Source of the DNA: Botryllus schlosseri
Taxonomy: Eukaryota
Direction of reading: 5' to 3'
Assembly (NCBI GenBank): GCA_051294905.1
Contig: CM119381.1
Location: 15,252,001-15,316,000 of the forward strand
Length of the DNA stretch: 64,000 bases
Positions within the stretch are counted from its first letter, which is position 1. Each line of letters opens with the position of its first letter. Of this stretch, positions 14,147 to 27,542 are shown piece by piece. Below the pieces are notes generated by a model. The model was not told where the DNA came from and did no database searches. It worked only from the letters and a program-made list of their open reading frames with translations. Both the position numbers and the translations under genes were made by a program.

Positions 14147-14375
14147 AGTTGCGGATTTTTAAAGGTCGTTAGTTCTAGTTCTAGTTGTTGTGTTTTTAAA
14201 GTGATTAGTTCCAGTTCTACTTCTAGTTGCGGATTTTGAAAAGTGGGTATAGTTCTAGGTTTATTTCTAGTTGCGGATTTTGAAAAATTGGGTAGCTCTA
14301 GCTCTAGTTCTAGTTGTGAGTTTTAAAAATTGAGTGGCTCCAGTTCTATTTCTAGTTCCGCTTTTTGAAAATCCA
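14147..14375. repeat. Degenerate minisatellite, ~6 units of ~37-44 bp
   Basis: Repeated TAGTTGCGGATTTTGAAAA...(T)AGTTCTAGTTC. Confidence 0.75.
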
Positions 14376-14437
14376 GTAGTTTGTACAAGTCTGGCGATGG
14401 ATGTAACTGTAAACAACAGTGAAGACATATACCTACC

Positions 14438-14703
14438 CAGAGGTGGTCAGTAACGAAGTACTTCTACTTTTTGAAGTACTTGAAGTAGATTTTGCCCACT
14501 CACACTACTTTTTAAGTAGTTATTATTTTAGACTATTTCTACTTCTACTTGACAGTTTTCAGTTTTGCAGGCAAAAATAGCCGTAGAATACCTACTTACA
14601 TACTTACTTGTGAACCACCATTCCCACTTCTACTTGAGTAGAAATTCCGGCGTTACTTCTATTTCTACTTGAGTAGCGACGGTGACTACTTCGACCACCT
14701 CTG
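14438..14703. mobile_element. hAT-type MITE, family B
   Basis: CAGAGGTGGTC...GACCACCTCTG termini; TSD TACCTACC/TTCCTACC (7/8); interior rich in AGTAGAAGTA-type motifs. Confidence 0.85.
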
Positions 14704-15812
14704 TTCCTACCAACCTATCGCAGTAAAGGGTAACGAGAAAGGAACATTGCATAAAAGTTGATATCTCGATACTGGACTCCGATGCGAAAACAGTAATAGT
14801 ATCGCACCACCTGTGATTTAGAAGAAACTGTTTTTTGTTCAACGACGATGCCGCGCGCGGGCGGCCGTCGGAATTTGTAATATTCGGGGTTCCCGCGCGC
14901 TGCACTTCGTTATCTCGATTGCGTAGAAATCTTATAATTCCGCGTGACAAGCTTCATTAAATAGTTCTCCGCAAACACCATTCCGTAGATTGGCGATAAG
15001 GCGATATAAATCATGAGCACTGCCTTTCATCTCGCGAATCGCCAGAAATGTAAACTGCGGGTGTCACCGTGTCATGCGTTCGCGTGACGTTTCGGCTTCT
15101 CGAAGACGGCCCAATGGGCGCGCAGGACGGTTTGATCTCGCTGCCTCCTCGTCGTATATCACGAAGCGCAAACACGGCCCTTATTGGCTTGTGTTCTTCT
15201 GTTTAGGATTAATAGCCGCGTCGATTCATGCGGCACTGGCGGCTTGAGTTGTGCAAACGGTAACCCGTTTCGAATCAGCAATAACCTTCAGTTGGGCGGA
15301 TTTAATATTTTTCAATCTAAATCCTGATCCGAAGTTGAGATTTGAATCAAAGTCCGTGGAGGGTAATGTCTAAGATTTGATTCAAAAGTCCCATGGAAGT
15401 TGTCAACTATTGGAAACTCCGCGTCCAAATCTAAATCCGGCCTCAAAAGCAAAAAATCTTTAATTCAAAATTCGCCCAATTCGCTCGACATCTCCAAACG
15501 TAATCAAAAAGGTTTCAAAAATGGTGCATGTACGGCATGACGTCACGTGATCAATTTGGCATCACAAATCTTATGACGTGATACAATTCATTCAGCAAAA
15601 CTTGGGGTCCGATAACGCCTCTAACACACTAATTTCATTCCCAATAGTTTATGGATTTTGCAAGACGCTTCCGGTTTTATGTGCTTAAAACTGCGCTACA
15701 TAATTTAACATTGTCCCGTCCTACGTATGCGCATTGCGCATGCGTGTGTTCACGTCTCTGTTTGCTGTGTCTAATAAATCGTCACTTGGTAGAAAGCAAT
15801 TATTATTTGCAG

Positions 15813-16173
15813 GGCGCTGAAGTCGTATGATTGGATCAGTCAAATGAGATTTCAAGCCAGAATACTGATAAAGTGTGCAGCTATAGCGTATAGAACAATC
15901 ACAATTGTATATTTTCACAATGGTTATGCGACCTATCAGTTGGCCACTTTCGATCAATACCCGAACATCCAATTCATGATATATTGCTGTACAAAAATAC
16001 AACCGAAACCTCAAGGCTTCAGCGACAGGTGTAACGGTTGGCAATCGAATAATCCCCTTGCTAATCTTCAACCTAATTACAATCCCGAATGTGCAGATTC
16101 GCCCACCAGTGGAATGATTAATATTGTGATTGCGAATTGCCATCAAGCATTGTATCAGACTTACTCCATCTAA
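15813..16173 (+). CDS. Candidate exon of an unidentified Cys/Asn/Tyr-rich protein
   Basis: tattatttgcag acceptor, ~120 open codons, and an in-register antisense ORF (15721-16308) of the kind real coding sequence often casts. No recognisable family. Confidence 0.35.
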
Positions 16174-16832
16174 CGCGGACGGATTTTTAAAATAATTGAA
16201 CTCCATTTTTGCGCTGGCAACACGCCATTGTCGAATATCGGGGGAGTGTTGCCGGCGAAAAAAAGCGAGATACAAAAGATAAACCCGACAGGTACACCGA
16301 ACGTGCATTACCCTGGAACAAGATCACTTGGTCTTTTGATGTAAAATATCGCTAAATTCAATCGATAGAGCCATGACACGGTGATGCAGTCTATGTAGAT
16401 AAAGTACACGTCTAGCTTTTCGGACAGTTTGTGACCATTCATGCATCAGGAATCGCCCGCCTGCGTGGTTCATTAATGTCATATCCTGTCGAGCGGTGAT
16501 TGGATTATAGATTTTATGTCATATCATAAAAACAAAGTGCGGGCACTATATTGCAACATAACAAGAGGCTTTTGGAGGGCTTTAATCCCGGGAATTCTAT
16601 TATCTCGGAAGAGAAAAAAGTTTGATCCAAGGCACACGTGGACATGTGATTATACTGTCGAACGCAAATTGGTTCATTAACTTCGAAATAAGATATTGAT
16701 CGCATCAGCAGTCCATGCGTGCCACTTGCATGTCACGATTGTAGAAGAACACAGTCCCATATTGGAATCAAAATATAATATTTCTATAATCGTAGCTCTA
16801 TGGATATCATGGTATATCAACTCGGTGGTGCC

Positions 16833-17009
16833 AATACAGCGCCTTCAAAAGCCCGGAAGAAGAGAGAGCCGAACTCTTGAAAGATGGCAGCTAAAGATCA
16901 CGTTGAAGGAGCAAAAGCAAAAAGACATCTGACATTAATGAAATTCATGTACTGGGGGCAAATGACTTTAATAGCGATAAGCGCCAATGATGTGTTAATA
17001 AAACAAACA
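16833..17009 (+). mobile_element. Short retroposed 3' fragment (truncated LINE or mRNA retrocopy)
   Basis: 14-bp direct repeat AACTCGGTGGTGCC at 16819 and 17010; the insert ends in AATAAAACAAACA. Confidence 0.65.
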
Positions 17010-18669
17010 AACTCGGTGGTGCCCGTGGTGGTCGCAAATATATTAAAATTGTTATTCTTCCTTTAGAATGGCATACTGAACAATTGAACATACGTTTTAA
17101 ACGCAATACTCAGTTAATCTAAAATCTGAATACTGTCCGGCTCGTTACTTTCTAAAAATTTCGTATTCCGGATCCGAGGTGAAAGATAAGAGAGTCCGGA
17201 AGGATCCTGATCGACATTTCCGTTCAATACATAATGTCGCTACAGGCCGTGTTTTGAGTGGCATAAAAATGTCTAGCGACTATTTTCCGCCGTTCTAAAG
17301 CCATGTCACGGTCTGTATTACAGTAAAATATTTCAAGTCAGAAATTGTTTAGGGATATGTTTACACTAAATACTTATTCGTCTAATCTAATGAGAGTTCC
17401 AATCTGACGTCACAATACTTACAGATTCAGTTTCACGCTCGTACGGAATACTAAGCCGAAGGAATTTTTAAATAAAGTTTTTGTTTATGTGTATGAGATG
17501 TATGAGATGGTGGATGTTGAAATTTTGAGGAAACAATCTGACTCAAAACGTGATATATAAATCGATAATATCACTACTTCGTCGTCTGTTGCAAGTACAA
17601 TTATAGCCTGACCCACCGTAGAGACGTACTCCGTACTGCAAGTCCAGGAATAAATTCGACAAAGTAGCTATTTGAGGCCGTCCAGGATATGGACTGGGCT
17701 ATATTCACGGCCAAAAAATCAGGTCAGCGTACCATTACACCGCCTCGAAATACATTTCAAGGAAATCTCTTGAACTAGCCTAATTCCAAGTATACATAGC
17801 CACATCGAAATAAGATGAATATGTAACATGATTAGCATTTGTGTAACTTCCCAAGTACAGATCAATGCAATTTTCTTGGAAAGCGGTACTGAGCACTGTA
17901 CGGTGCACGTGAAAGAATTTCAATGCATACACGCGGCGCGGCACTTATAGCCTATTGTCAGAGGGACATATTACGCGTCAGATTTCAATCGACTCGCTCC
18001 AATATTCCCGATTTCCTTCCTATAAATTCTCATACATATATAAGCAGTCCTTGTGCATAGAAAATATATATTTAAGTCTGTATTTAATTCATTAATTAAG
18101 AGTATGGCGCCGTGGATAATGTTCTCTCAATCTTCTGTTGAGGACTGTGGATGACGATATTGCTGAAAGAAAATGTCTTCGTTCCAACACTGTTGTTTTA
18201 AACAGTGTTTTGAAAATATGCATTTAAAAAAATGTTTCTTTTTCAAACGTTGTATAATTATGCCATAATTGGGTAAATACTTTCGCAAAAACACGAAGTA
18301 TGAGCTTAAGAACGATTTGCACCCGATATAGTCGGCGTATACTATATGGAATGGTTGCATCCCTCGAAATCGTCGTCAGCTCAACAGTTATATCACGTAA
18401 ATAAAGATCATTGGTACAGAATGGGTGTTCTGATGATGATGACCACCGACCTCAAAATGCTGCATAACGATGTAGTCCTGGTTTGAGAGAGGTTCGGTCC
18501 GTTTATGACAGGATCAGAAACCTTTTTCGTCAAAGGAGTCATATTTACCCTATTTTGAATTGTCAATGTCACTTCACTGTGACGTCACAGCTAGATTCGT
18601 GACGTCATGACTAAAAAACACAATAAAAAACATGTTTTAATCAAAGGTTATGTTTTTTTTGTTTTAAAT

Positions 18670-19402
18670 CAGGGGCGGGCAACTTCTCCAGTCGGTGGGC
18701 CGGATATAGGAACATTAAGTACTTGGCGGGCCGGATTGCTGAATCCATACATTATTTGCCCATTTATTCACATATGCATTTTACATGGAATAAATCGAAC
18801 TTAATGATAGTATTTTAACGAAGCAAGTTCAAAGCACATTCTCGCCGATAATGACGAAGAGAATGCGGATTTGAGAACAGCATTGTCATGTGGTTCTCGA
18901 ACTTTTTTGAACACGCACCCCTTTTTGATAGTGAAAAATTCCGCGCCCCCCCCACCCTTATCGTGATATCACAAATATCAAGGAGGTGAATCAGAATTCT
19001 AGCCATCCGAACGGATAGTTTATTGGCATTATAGTTATGGTTATTGATGAGAGAATTCTCAAATATGAAATTCCGACAATAGATACAGTAAACAGCATGA
19101 GCTCGAGGTAAATGGCGCGGAGCGCGAAAATTTTTTCAGTTAACTGTGACTTGGCGCCCCCTTCAGATGCTTTCACGCCCCCCAGCTTGAGAACCACTGT
19201 CATACATGCACCGCCATGTTCGCTTTTCTCTGATCAATCAACACAAGATGCAATTTGACGTAGTAAGCAAGTAGTGGGGAATCTCAGCAAACTGATAGGC
19301 CGCGGGCCACATTATCATGTAAGACGGGCAGCTGCTCGCGGGCCGGACAAAATGCCGTCACGGGCCGGATCCGGCCCGCGGGCCGTATGTTGCCCGGCCC
19401 TG
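18670..19402. mobile_element. Non-autonomous hAT (Charlie-like) element
   Basis: CAGGGGCGGGCAAC...GTTGCCCGGCCCTG termini, subterminal GCGGGCCG motifs, perfect 8-bp TSD TTTTAAAT. Confidence 0.88.
18887..19199. mobile_element. Small hAT/Charlie-like MITE nested in the 18670 element
   Basis: (CA)TGTGGTTCTCGAAC...CTTGAGAACCACTG termini; TSD not recognisable. Confidence 0.6.
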
Positions 19403-22400
19403 TTTTAAATGCAACCCTAACTATTGTCTGTAGTCCAGTCAAAGCGCAGCAGTCTTCATCCAAATGCGGCACGTTAGATTTCGGGAAATTCATGCTCATC
19501 TGACTTTCCCCATTGGTTGTCACTTCATGCTGCAGGCGCGATACGGATTGTGAAATCATGGGGTATCACACTTGTCTGCGTATTGACTGTTGGGCCACAT
19601 AGCCAGCGAATATGCGGACATTCCTGGTACCGATATTCCGATTTTTCCTTGCACATTGTGGTATTAAACCATGTAAATTAATCACAGGTAAAACTGTCGT
19701 GTCGGTGTATGATAATACATTTATCAGATTCAGCACCTCGATTGATAATAATTTGACGTATTAATTGTCCATACCACGCCATCGCTTCACGTCCGCGACT
19801 CAATTGCAGGGCCACTTTAGTACTACCTCTTCTAATCGTGTGATATATTGGTATATCTGCAACATGTCAAATTTGCGTACCAAAGTAGATCGTAATATGC
19901 CTTTCGTATGTTGGTAAATCGCATTGAATTGAGTTTTATATAAACTGTAGACTGGAAGCTGTTGCAGACAGTTACACGGCCAAGCGTGTATGAGATTATG
20001 CCGCGCACGATATTACCTGCATTATGGATTCAACGTCGATTTGGTAATCTGATTAACCAGAATAAATAAACGCGAAACGATATATCTGGTCACGAAAAGA
20101 TTTGCTTCTGCGATAACCTATAAGTACGTAAGCATAAAACAATTATTCAGCTATTCCTTAGACGGCATTAAGACGATTACTCGACATCTCGCCTTTGATG
20201 TGTTTCAACTTGATTCGAAGGTGCCATTCAAACTGACAACATCGTTGTCTTGGTGAAAGGCTGTCGTCTTGCGCGTTGCGAAGATTACGAGATCGCTAAC
20301 CGATATTTCGCAGCGAATATCTGCGTTGCGGGACCGCTAATTTCCTGCGCGATCGCTTTGGATACGTTTGCGGTAGCCGATGCTCGAAAAGTTGGTAATT
20401 TCGCTGCTATCTAATCTTTCATCATTGTCAAAACTCGTAAGTTTACGGAATACGAGTACTTTACAATCTTGGCCTTCGACCACCCGCTGTATTATGCTGT
20501 GACCGTTCTCGTTACCCTGACTGTCCCTCGTACATGCATCACGAAGGCTAATACTGCGTTGTTTTACGTGCCATGATTTGTTCATTCTAGTCTTCCTTCT
20601 TTTATCTCGATCAATCAACTGTGCCAAAGGTTAAGGATTATTACATTTACAGTAAGTGTTTCACCGCCTGAAATACATCTCGCAGTCGAGGAGTCCAACA
20701 CTAGTGTGATTCCTCCACGATTATATAATTAGAACCTTTACTGAACAAGGTGGAGTCTGAACATAATAATTTCCCGTTATTGCTGACATGGACGCAAAAG
20801 TTACACACAAAGAGTCATTTCGAACTTGCAGCTGTCGTTGTCCTCTTCTAGCAAACCCGACTACGGTATTCATATGCAATCATACACGCGCAACAGTCAT
20901 GTCCACTAGCTATTGCCAGTGTCACTTCGTGGACAGATAATCATTAAACGAGTATGGCTTCAGGATTGGCTATGTTTGCTGCATACATCATGTGTTTTTG
21001 CTGGTAGCAAGGTCTGGAATTAGTAGAAGATCAGCTTGTTGTACACCCCATGCCTTGCGAAATTTGACAAATCACAGGAGATTAGATCTTTTCGACATCC
21101 GCTATATCTTCCGGTTTAACGCAACGAAGTAAAGTGATAAGTTGTATCGTATGACAGTCTCCAGACAAATATAAAGTTTCGCCATGCCGAAGAAAATATC
21201 TATGGCACGCGGACAGACGTAAAAACGTACACACCCCGTGTACTTGAGTGATAAGGCCGGTCTACACCGTTTGGGGATCACGATGTGCATGTCGGTCATT
21301 TGCGTATGTATCATGGCCAATTGGCCATGGTTAATAGTCCGGGAACATCGTTCGTTACGTGTGTTGAAAGGTGTGAGTGTCTATACTGATGGTCATAGTA
21401 TAGCCTACTGTCCCCATCAATGCCGTAAAAACCAATGTATGAATGCAGACAAGTTTTTCCTCTCGCATTTGAGATGGTTATGTTTTCTTTATGACGTCAT
21501 CATGAAATCACCACAACTCTTCTTGACTCGAATTATTTTCGCCGTGCCAAACCTACGCACTGGATGTGCTCTCTGGGCTACGGATTAGTGGGATAGTGAG
21601 ATAGTTCAATCGGACATATGTTTTACTTGGAAGAGTGGCTCGAACGGCAATGGCGATGAAACGGTAGAATGGCTCGCCTGATTAAGTCAGTTGTCACTAG
21701 TTTATGGCGTGCTGCAATCCTTTATCAGTAGCAATAGACTGGATGCATCCGGAACGTAATTTGCAAGCGGAGCCACCCTTAAGTAAACCCTTCTTAGCGT
21801 TAACCTGAGATGGTTACTTTCATAATGATCGCAGCTCACAACAAAGGCCATTGCCCAGGCATGTAACTAACTTGTATACCGCTGCGAGATTACTAAATTA
21901 AATTCAGTAGACTTGTCAAAGTCTTCCTGTCTCTCGTGACAAACTGAAACCGTGGCCTGTAAACATTCTTTACACGTCATTGCGGTTTCCATCTCTTCCT
22001 TCCAAGCCGGGAAGTTGGTATGGCAGGTCTAACCCGATTTTATTGTTTTTGACAAATGATCGCTTATTTAATGAGATATCAGTTTCTGACAGAAGTGTTC
22101 GTTTTTAAATCCTAACGCATGTCGTGTGTGGTGTAGAATAGTTAATATTGAATTGTCTTATTGTATCTGGATGCGGTTTTACCGCTATAGTAATTAATTT
22201 TGAATTAATCTAAAGCACAGAAATTCGATATGTATTTCCGGTGACTTGGGTTATTCTTATATATGTCTCTGCAGTTTGTGTGCAACGATTCTGAAATCCT
22301 ATAATCGTAACGTTAAAATTGTAGATAAACCCGCTTATAAGCAAGTTTTATGAATCAACTTTGTTTAGGAGAAACATTCTATAAGTGTGAACTTCAAAAG

Positions 22401-25279
22401 CTGTTCGCAATATATGAAATAAATATAGTAGAATAGCTAAACTATCAACTCACTTTAAATACGTAAGCTCCAAGACAGGCATATTGACATTTGAATGATC
22501 CATCTTTCCCCCAAAACAGAAATTGGACATTTATTGGTTCCAGTCATTGGCCTATGTTCAACTTTCAGACCAGTTCCGTTAGTCCCGTTGCCGATCATTT
22601 TGTTTTGTCAATGTAGTATAACAACTTTCTTGGCGCTATTATTTTCCGTGATTTGGCCAGGGCATGAGGTCCAAGTTCTTTTATAAAATACCGGTTATTA
22701 TTGTTGTTATCTGTTAAAAAGGAGTGGTGTAAATCGCATAATATGATGCTGTGCTAAGATGTCAAATAGCCCTAATGTTATTATATTCTCACCTCTCGCA
22801 ACACGAGACAGTAAATTCAGCCACCGTTGAGCTGGAACTATATATAGATAACACTTATGTTAAATGGCAAATAGACCAAGAATTGTCCATTTTTGCCACG
22901 ATATATCTGTCTGACCGGTCGCTAATTGATTTGTGACTTCGCTGTGATTTTTGCAAAGAAGACAGCGTACAGATGTTTAGCCTACTTCGAAAAATTCACG
23001 ATAAGATAAGTTTAATCTAATTTTCCAAACTTTCAGGGCATAGATCTCCACTGTCCACGAGTTGTATGTTACTTAGTATGGGTTGGGGTCGTGACAATTC
23101 GCGGTAGTGCATGGTTATTGGTTACTTTCCGAATTTCCACCTTCCTATCTTCTAAATGACACAAAACCAATTACTATTTGTGTTTAAATGATTATTTATC
23201 AGGGGCCGTGAGTCTTCTCCAAACAAATATTTAATGAGGAATTAATTTTTTGCTACCATCACGAACCATGTTCAAGACCATTACTTGGTTGTCGGAATCA
23301 GTGTAGGGTTCACGAAATTGGATATGGAGTCGGGAGACAGAGTTGAAGTTTGAACGGAGTGGGTAAGATTTGGTATCCTCGACACTATTGATCGAGAGTC
23401 AGGAGTCCTAGTGGACATATAATTTTTCCCGACTCGCAATTGGATAGTAGTTTCCACTTATGGCTTGTGTTGGGAATCAGGGTTTTGAGTATAGTAAGAG
23501 TCGGAGTCGCAATTCCGTTCATGTAATAATAAAAAATAGAAGCCGAGCTCGTCAATTCAAAACTAGCTGACTCGTGAGTAAGAATCAGAGAAAATCTCGC
23601 AATAGTCTTATACGACTTCCCAGCCCTGATCAAGACCCCGCTATGTTGTCAACTTGGAGGCGTAAAGTTGAATGGTGGGATTCGGATTAGGGCTCGAACC
23701 ATAAAATATTGTTGTTCTCGAATCAGCTAAGCATTTCCCAATTATTTTCTCAAATCATTTCGAATTCGATGATGCCAAACCGGGCGTTATTCACAAACAT
23801 AATGTGTGAATGTATGTCATCATAGGACAGCATTCTCACTCAGAAGTTGGGGTGTATTCAACATCTATATCTACGATCAATCGCATCGATGAAGCTGCTA
23901 ACAATCTTCCCGCATTCGCTTGACCTCACACAATACAAGTCGCCATATTCACCGATATTTCGAGCACGCGATTCCTTAGCATGAAACACTTAAATATATG
24001 GATTGAAGATAGGACTAGGATTGGGATGGGGTTATGGGCGGGGCATGTGATAGGGTTGGTTTTGGAGATAAAATGTAACATGATGAAATATCTGACAACC
24101 ACTTAATCACATATTCTCCATGTAGGGCCAATCATACTCCAATCCAAGATACTATAATCGATACTTCCAAGAGTCATGTCAGTTCACTGCAAGAAGAAAG
24201 ATTGCAGGTGATCGGTGCCTGAATTGGAAAATAAAGGCACGGAATCATTCCCATTCCCACAGGCACACATTCAGCGCAGTACAGTGTGTCCCTTCTAATA
24301 TCAGTACAGGCGATTAAGCAACATGTGTGTACACAAAATTTTGTAAGCAATATCCTAGACTTGTAGAACTGAGAGTCCCACGGCCGGGCACAGATTTATC
24401 AAACCAGCCTGGAATCTGTGATGATATCCCGTCTCCCATTTTACTCGACCCACACCTCAATTTATGCCATCACTCATCTGATCAACGCTACGTTCCCGAA
24501 ATCCCAGCCGATATCCAATGTATCAGCGATAATGACGGGAAGCGAAATCCTGCCGGGGTGGTCTCACTTAGGAATGTTTACTATCAGTTTGTTTAAACAC
24601 ACGAATTCGAATCATCCCTCGTTCTTCTTCCTTGCGAGCAAGGCTATCCCGTGTCTAACTGCCATAGGCTTCCGTACGTGACAGCGGATCCTGTTTGCAT
24701 CCATCCCATCCAGCCAGCTCGCCAATCGTGCTCCACGACAACTGCCCCGCGGTCTCGGAAGTCTATATCAATGGTGACCCCGTGTATCAGGTGAAGATAT
24801 GTCGTGGGTTGAACAAAAACAACATCCACCGTAAATTGAGCGAAACAGGCCAACATAGACGAGCGTCGTATCAACAGACGTGGTAGCTACCTCAGTCGAG
24901 AGTCGTAAAAGGGATGGCGTTCTGCTTTGGCATTTTCACGCTTCGCGGAATCGCTGTAGGGGCTGTTAATAGCCAAGTAGGACTTTTGAGAGGTCAACGA
25001 ACGGTCAGGCCGCGATAACGAGTTTTAAGAGTCGCTGAAGAGTGGGAAAGAATCGCACAAACACATACCAATACAACAATTCATTTCGAAAACACAAGGA
25101 CCTGATTCGCTACCGTGTAGCCGTCGGTTTTTTATGATGATTTTTAGGTAGAGAGCGTGTGAGGACTACAAATTCGATTATGTCGCGTTTAAAATGAAGA
25201 CCTTGTACCGGCAGGATGCGGTCAACGGTCGTAATTCTCGTGAAAACTGAGAAAGAGCCTGAACTGAAGATGTTACGGT

Positions 25280-25400
25280 ATTGTTTTATAAACTGACGTC
25301 ACGTGGGTTCACCGGATTCGTGTATTCGGCCTGTACTCCCATATTCGCAGCAGCTAAAGAGTTGTGATCGGAAATAGACAAAATGGCGTCCCCACGATCA
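25280..25400 (+). promoter_or_regulatory. Candidate Meis proximal promoter motifs
   Basis: Overlapping CRE/E-box TGACGTCACGTG (25294-25305) and YY1-like AAAATGGCG (25380-25388), ~500-600 bp upstream of the ATG. Motif match only. Confidence 0.35.
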
Positions 25401-25901
25401 ACTAGTCACATTACCTTCCAAGGGCGTTATCACAATATTATTTATTTTAGGCGTTTGTTCTGAAAAGACGCGCATCGTCGAAGGTACATTAGGAATTGTA
25501 ACAATGGATTTTTCAACAGCTACGAATTATCTAATGAGAGCCACCGTCGAATTGAGTCCGCAAATATGCCTTTATGATAACGCGCCTCGTACGTTTACTC
25601 ATGTGATATGATGTGATCCGATAGGAATTGTGTGAAAATGATTTGTTTGTGTGACTTGACTCGTTTTACTATCCTTCAATCACGCTGGCGTATTTTGACT
25701 ATTGAGCCGGCGAATGGTATTGTTGTTCTCATTACTATGTATCTTCATGTCTTTAGATGTATATATAATATATTCATTTGTAATATATCATCGCATTGCT
25801 CGTTTCTCATAGAGCATTTTTGCGGCCGGTCGACTTTCAAATAAGTCGGGATTGGGATATAAGTCGACAAAAACAGGAGCTACGTACAAGCAATCTTTTG
25901 C

Positions 25902-25913
25902 ATGGCTAGTAAG
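25902..25913 (+). CDS. Meis: Meis coding exon 1 (MASK)
   Basis: ATGGCTAGTAAG followed by a GTAAGC donor; 4 codons, phase 0, joins exon 2 as MASK|YDDPMGHY, paralleling vertebrate MAQR|YDDLPHY. Confidence 0.75.
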
Positions 25914-27276
25914 GTAAGCTGGTCGTTGACAATATTCAGGCGATTGATATTTACTATAACATTATTGAAAGTGACTTTGTCGAAATTCGCAAGTGGTTTT
26001 CGTAAAAGTATATTGGTTATGAGTCCTCGCCGCAAGGCGCTTAGGTCGTCAGTCACCGCCGAGCTGCGAAATCATGCAAAATCATCAATCAATTATGCAG
26101 CGATTGAGAGGAGCATATCTAAGACAATACAATTGCTAGCGCTATACCAATAGAATTAGGGTCTTCCTCTGTTCGCAGATTCTAAAGGCTCGCATAACCC
26201 AAACACTGACACCTGCCACAATTGATTTGGCCTGTTGTTTGCCGAAGATTATTATTCCTCTATTCTTACTCAGAGCCGTTGACACCAGACGGCCCTAGTT
26301 GGACGATGGCATTAATTGCGTTGACGCTATGATTATTCCGGCGGATTGTGGTAGCAGAAAGACTTTGACCACCGCGAAGACGCGGAAATAAATTATCGTT
26401 CAGGAGAGCGAAAGCTCGCGCTGCTTCGGCGCCACTGACGGCACCGTAATCGATGCGTGAAAATAAAGCGATAGTGATAGTACGCAGTGTTATTCAAGCG
26501 AATATTGCGAATTTTTATGCTCTCGTCGCGAGAATTGAAACTGTACGCAGGAAAGCGAGCTCTACGCTCCGAGAAAAGGATAAAATATTATCGTCCGTAG
26601 AAAAAAAGAGAATAGCACCGATGTTGTCAATCGAGGACAGACGTCGCTTAGCAATGTGCAAGAGTTGGATTAAAATGGAGTCATTCTCGGCCTCCACACC
26701 GCGATCATAACAGTCGAGGCTTATTGTAACACATCCGTGCTAATGCAAGGATACTTTTGCAGCTTGTAGTTGTAGAGTGTGAAGGACTCGGAAACGTGCA
26801 GGGTTTTCAACGTTCCGAGGTATCGCCGCATGTCTAATTAAACGAATAAGCGCTTGCGGATTGTCAGTGCAAGTTTGCCGTCGACACTTATTGCTCGAAA
26901 TTCTTCTAATGAGGACTATTGGCGAGTGGTGAAAGCGGGAGAGTGAATAACCGTTAAAAATCTGCGATTACCCGCCGGATAGAATATAGATTAGTTTACA
27001 TTCGGCAAATCGTGGATGGCTGCTACAGTTTGTGTAAGTTCGCCTTTCAGCAATTAATGATTGCATGCGTCGCAGTATAGATGAATGTTGTTTATAATTC
27101 GTACTTCCTATGCGCCATAGCAAGTGATACAATGTTGCTGTAATCGCCATTTTGAACTTCACGATGACAATACGTAACCGCGCAGAATCCGCACTTGATA
27201 TTAGGTTGATAATTCATAACCAAACTATTGAACGCTTTCCATTATGTCCAGCTGTATAATGATCGTTTCATTTCAG

Positions 27277-27542
27277 TACGACGACCCGATGGGACATTAC
27301 AGTGGGATGTCTGATATAAACGGAAGCACTTCGGGGACCGCTGGAATTTATGGCGGCGATTTGAATCGTTCAATGCCGCCGGTTTCTCATCTAAATCACG
27401 GTCCACCATTGACGCATTTTTCGTCCGACACCCAGTCACGTCCTATTCACAATACACAAAGCACAGGTGGATCGGTGGGCGATGACAGAATGAGCGAAGC
27501 AGACCAAATAGTTTTGAAAAGAGATAAAGATAGTATATATAC
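27277..27542 (+). CDS. Meis: Meis coding exon 2
   Basis: tttcag acceptor; YDDPMGHY...HLNHGPPL...LKRDKDSIY matches the Meis N-terminus (HLNHGPPL, LKRDKDAIY); AC|gtgagt donor, phase 2. Confidence 0.95.

Larger units (their letters stand above)
18190..19419 (+). mobile_element. Family A MITE interrupted by nested hAT elements
   Basis: Family A 5' block (~18200-18390) and 3' block (~18520-18669); the terminal GCAACCCTA is displaced to 19411-19419. Left boundary approximate. Confidence 0.7.

Noticed and set aside
15820-15855. SYDWISQMRF resembling a dynein heavy chain motif
   Set aside because: The similarity does not extend in either direction, and no other dynein exons are in the window.
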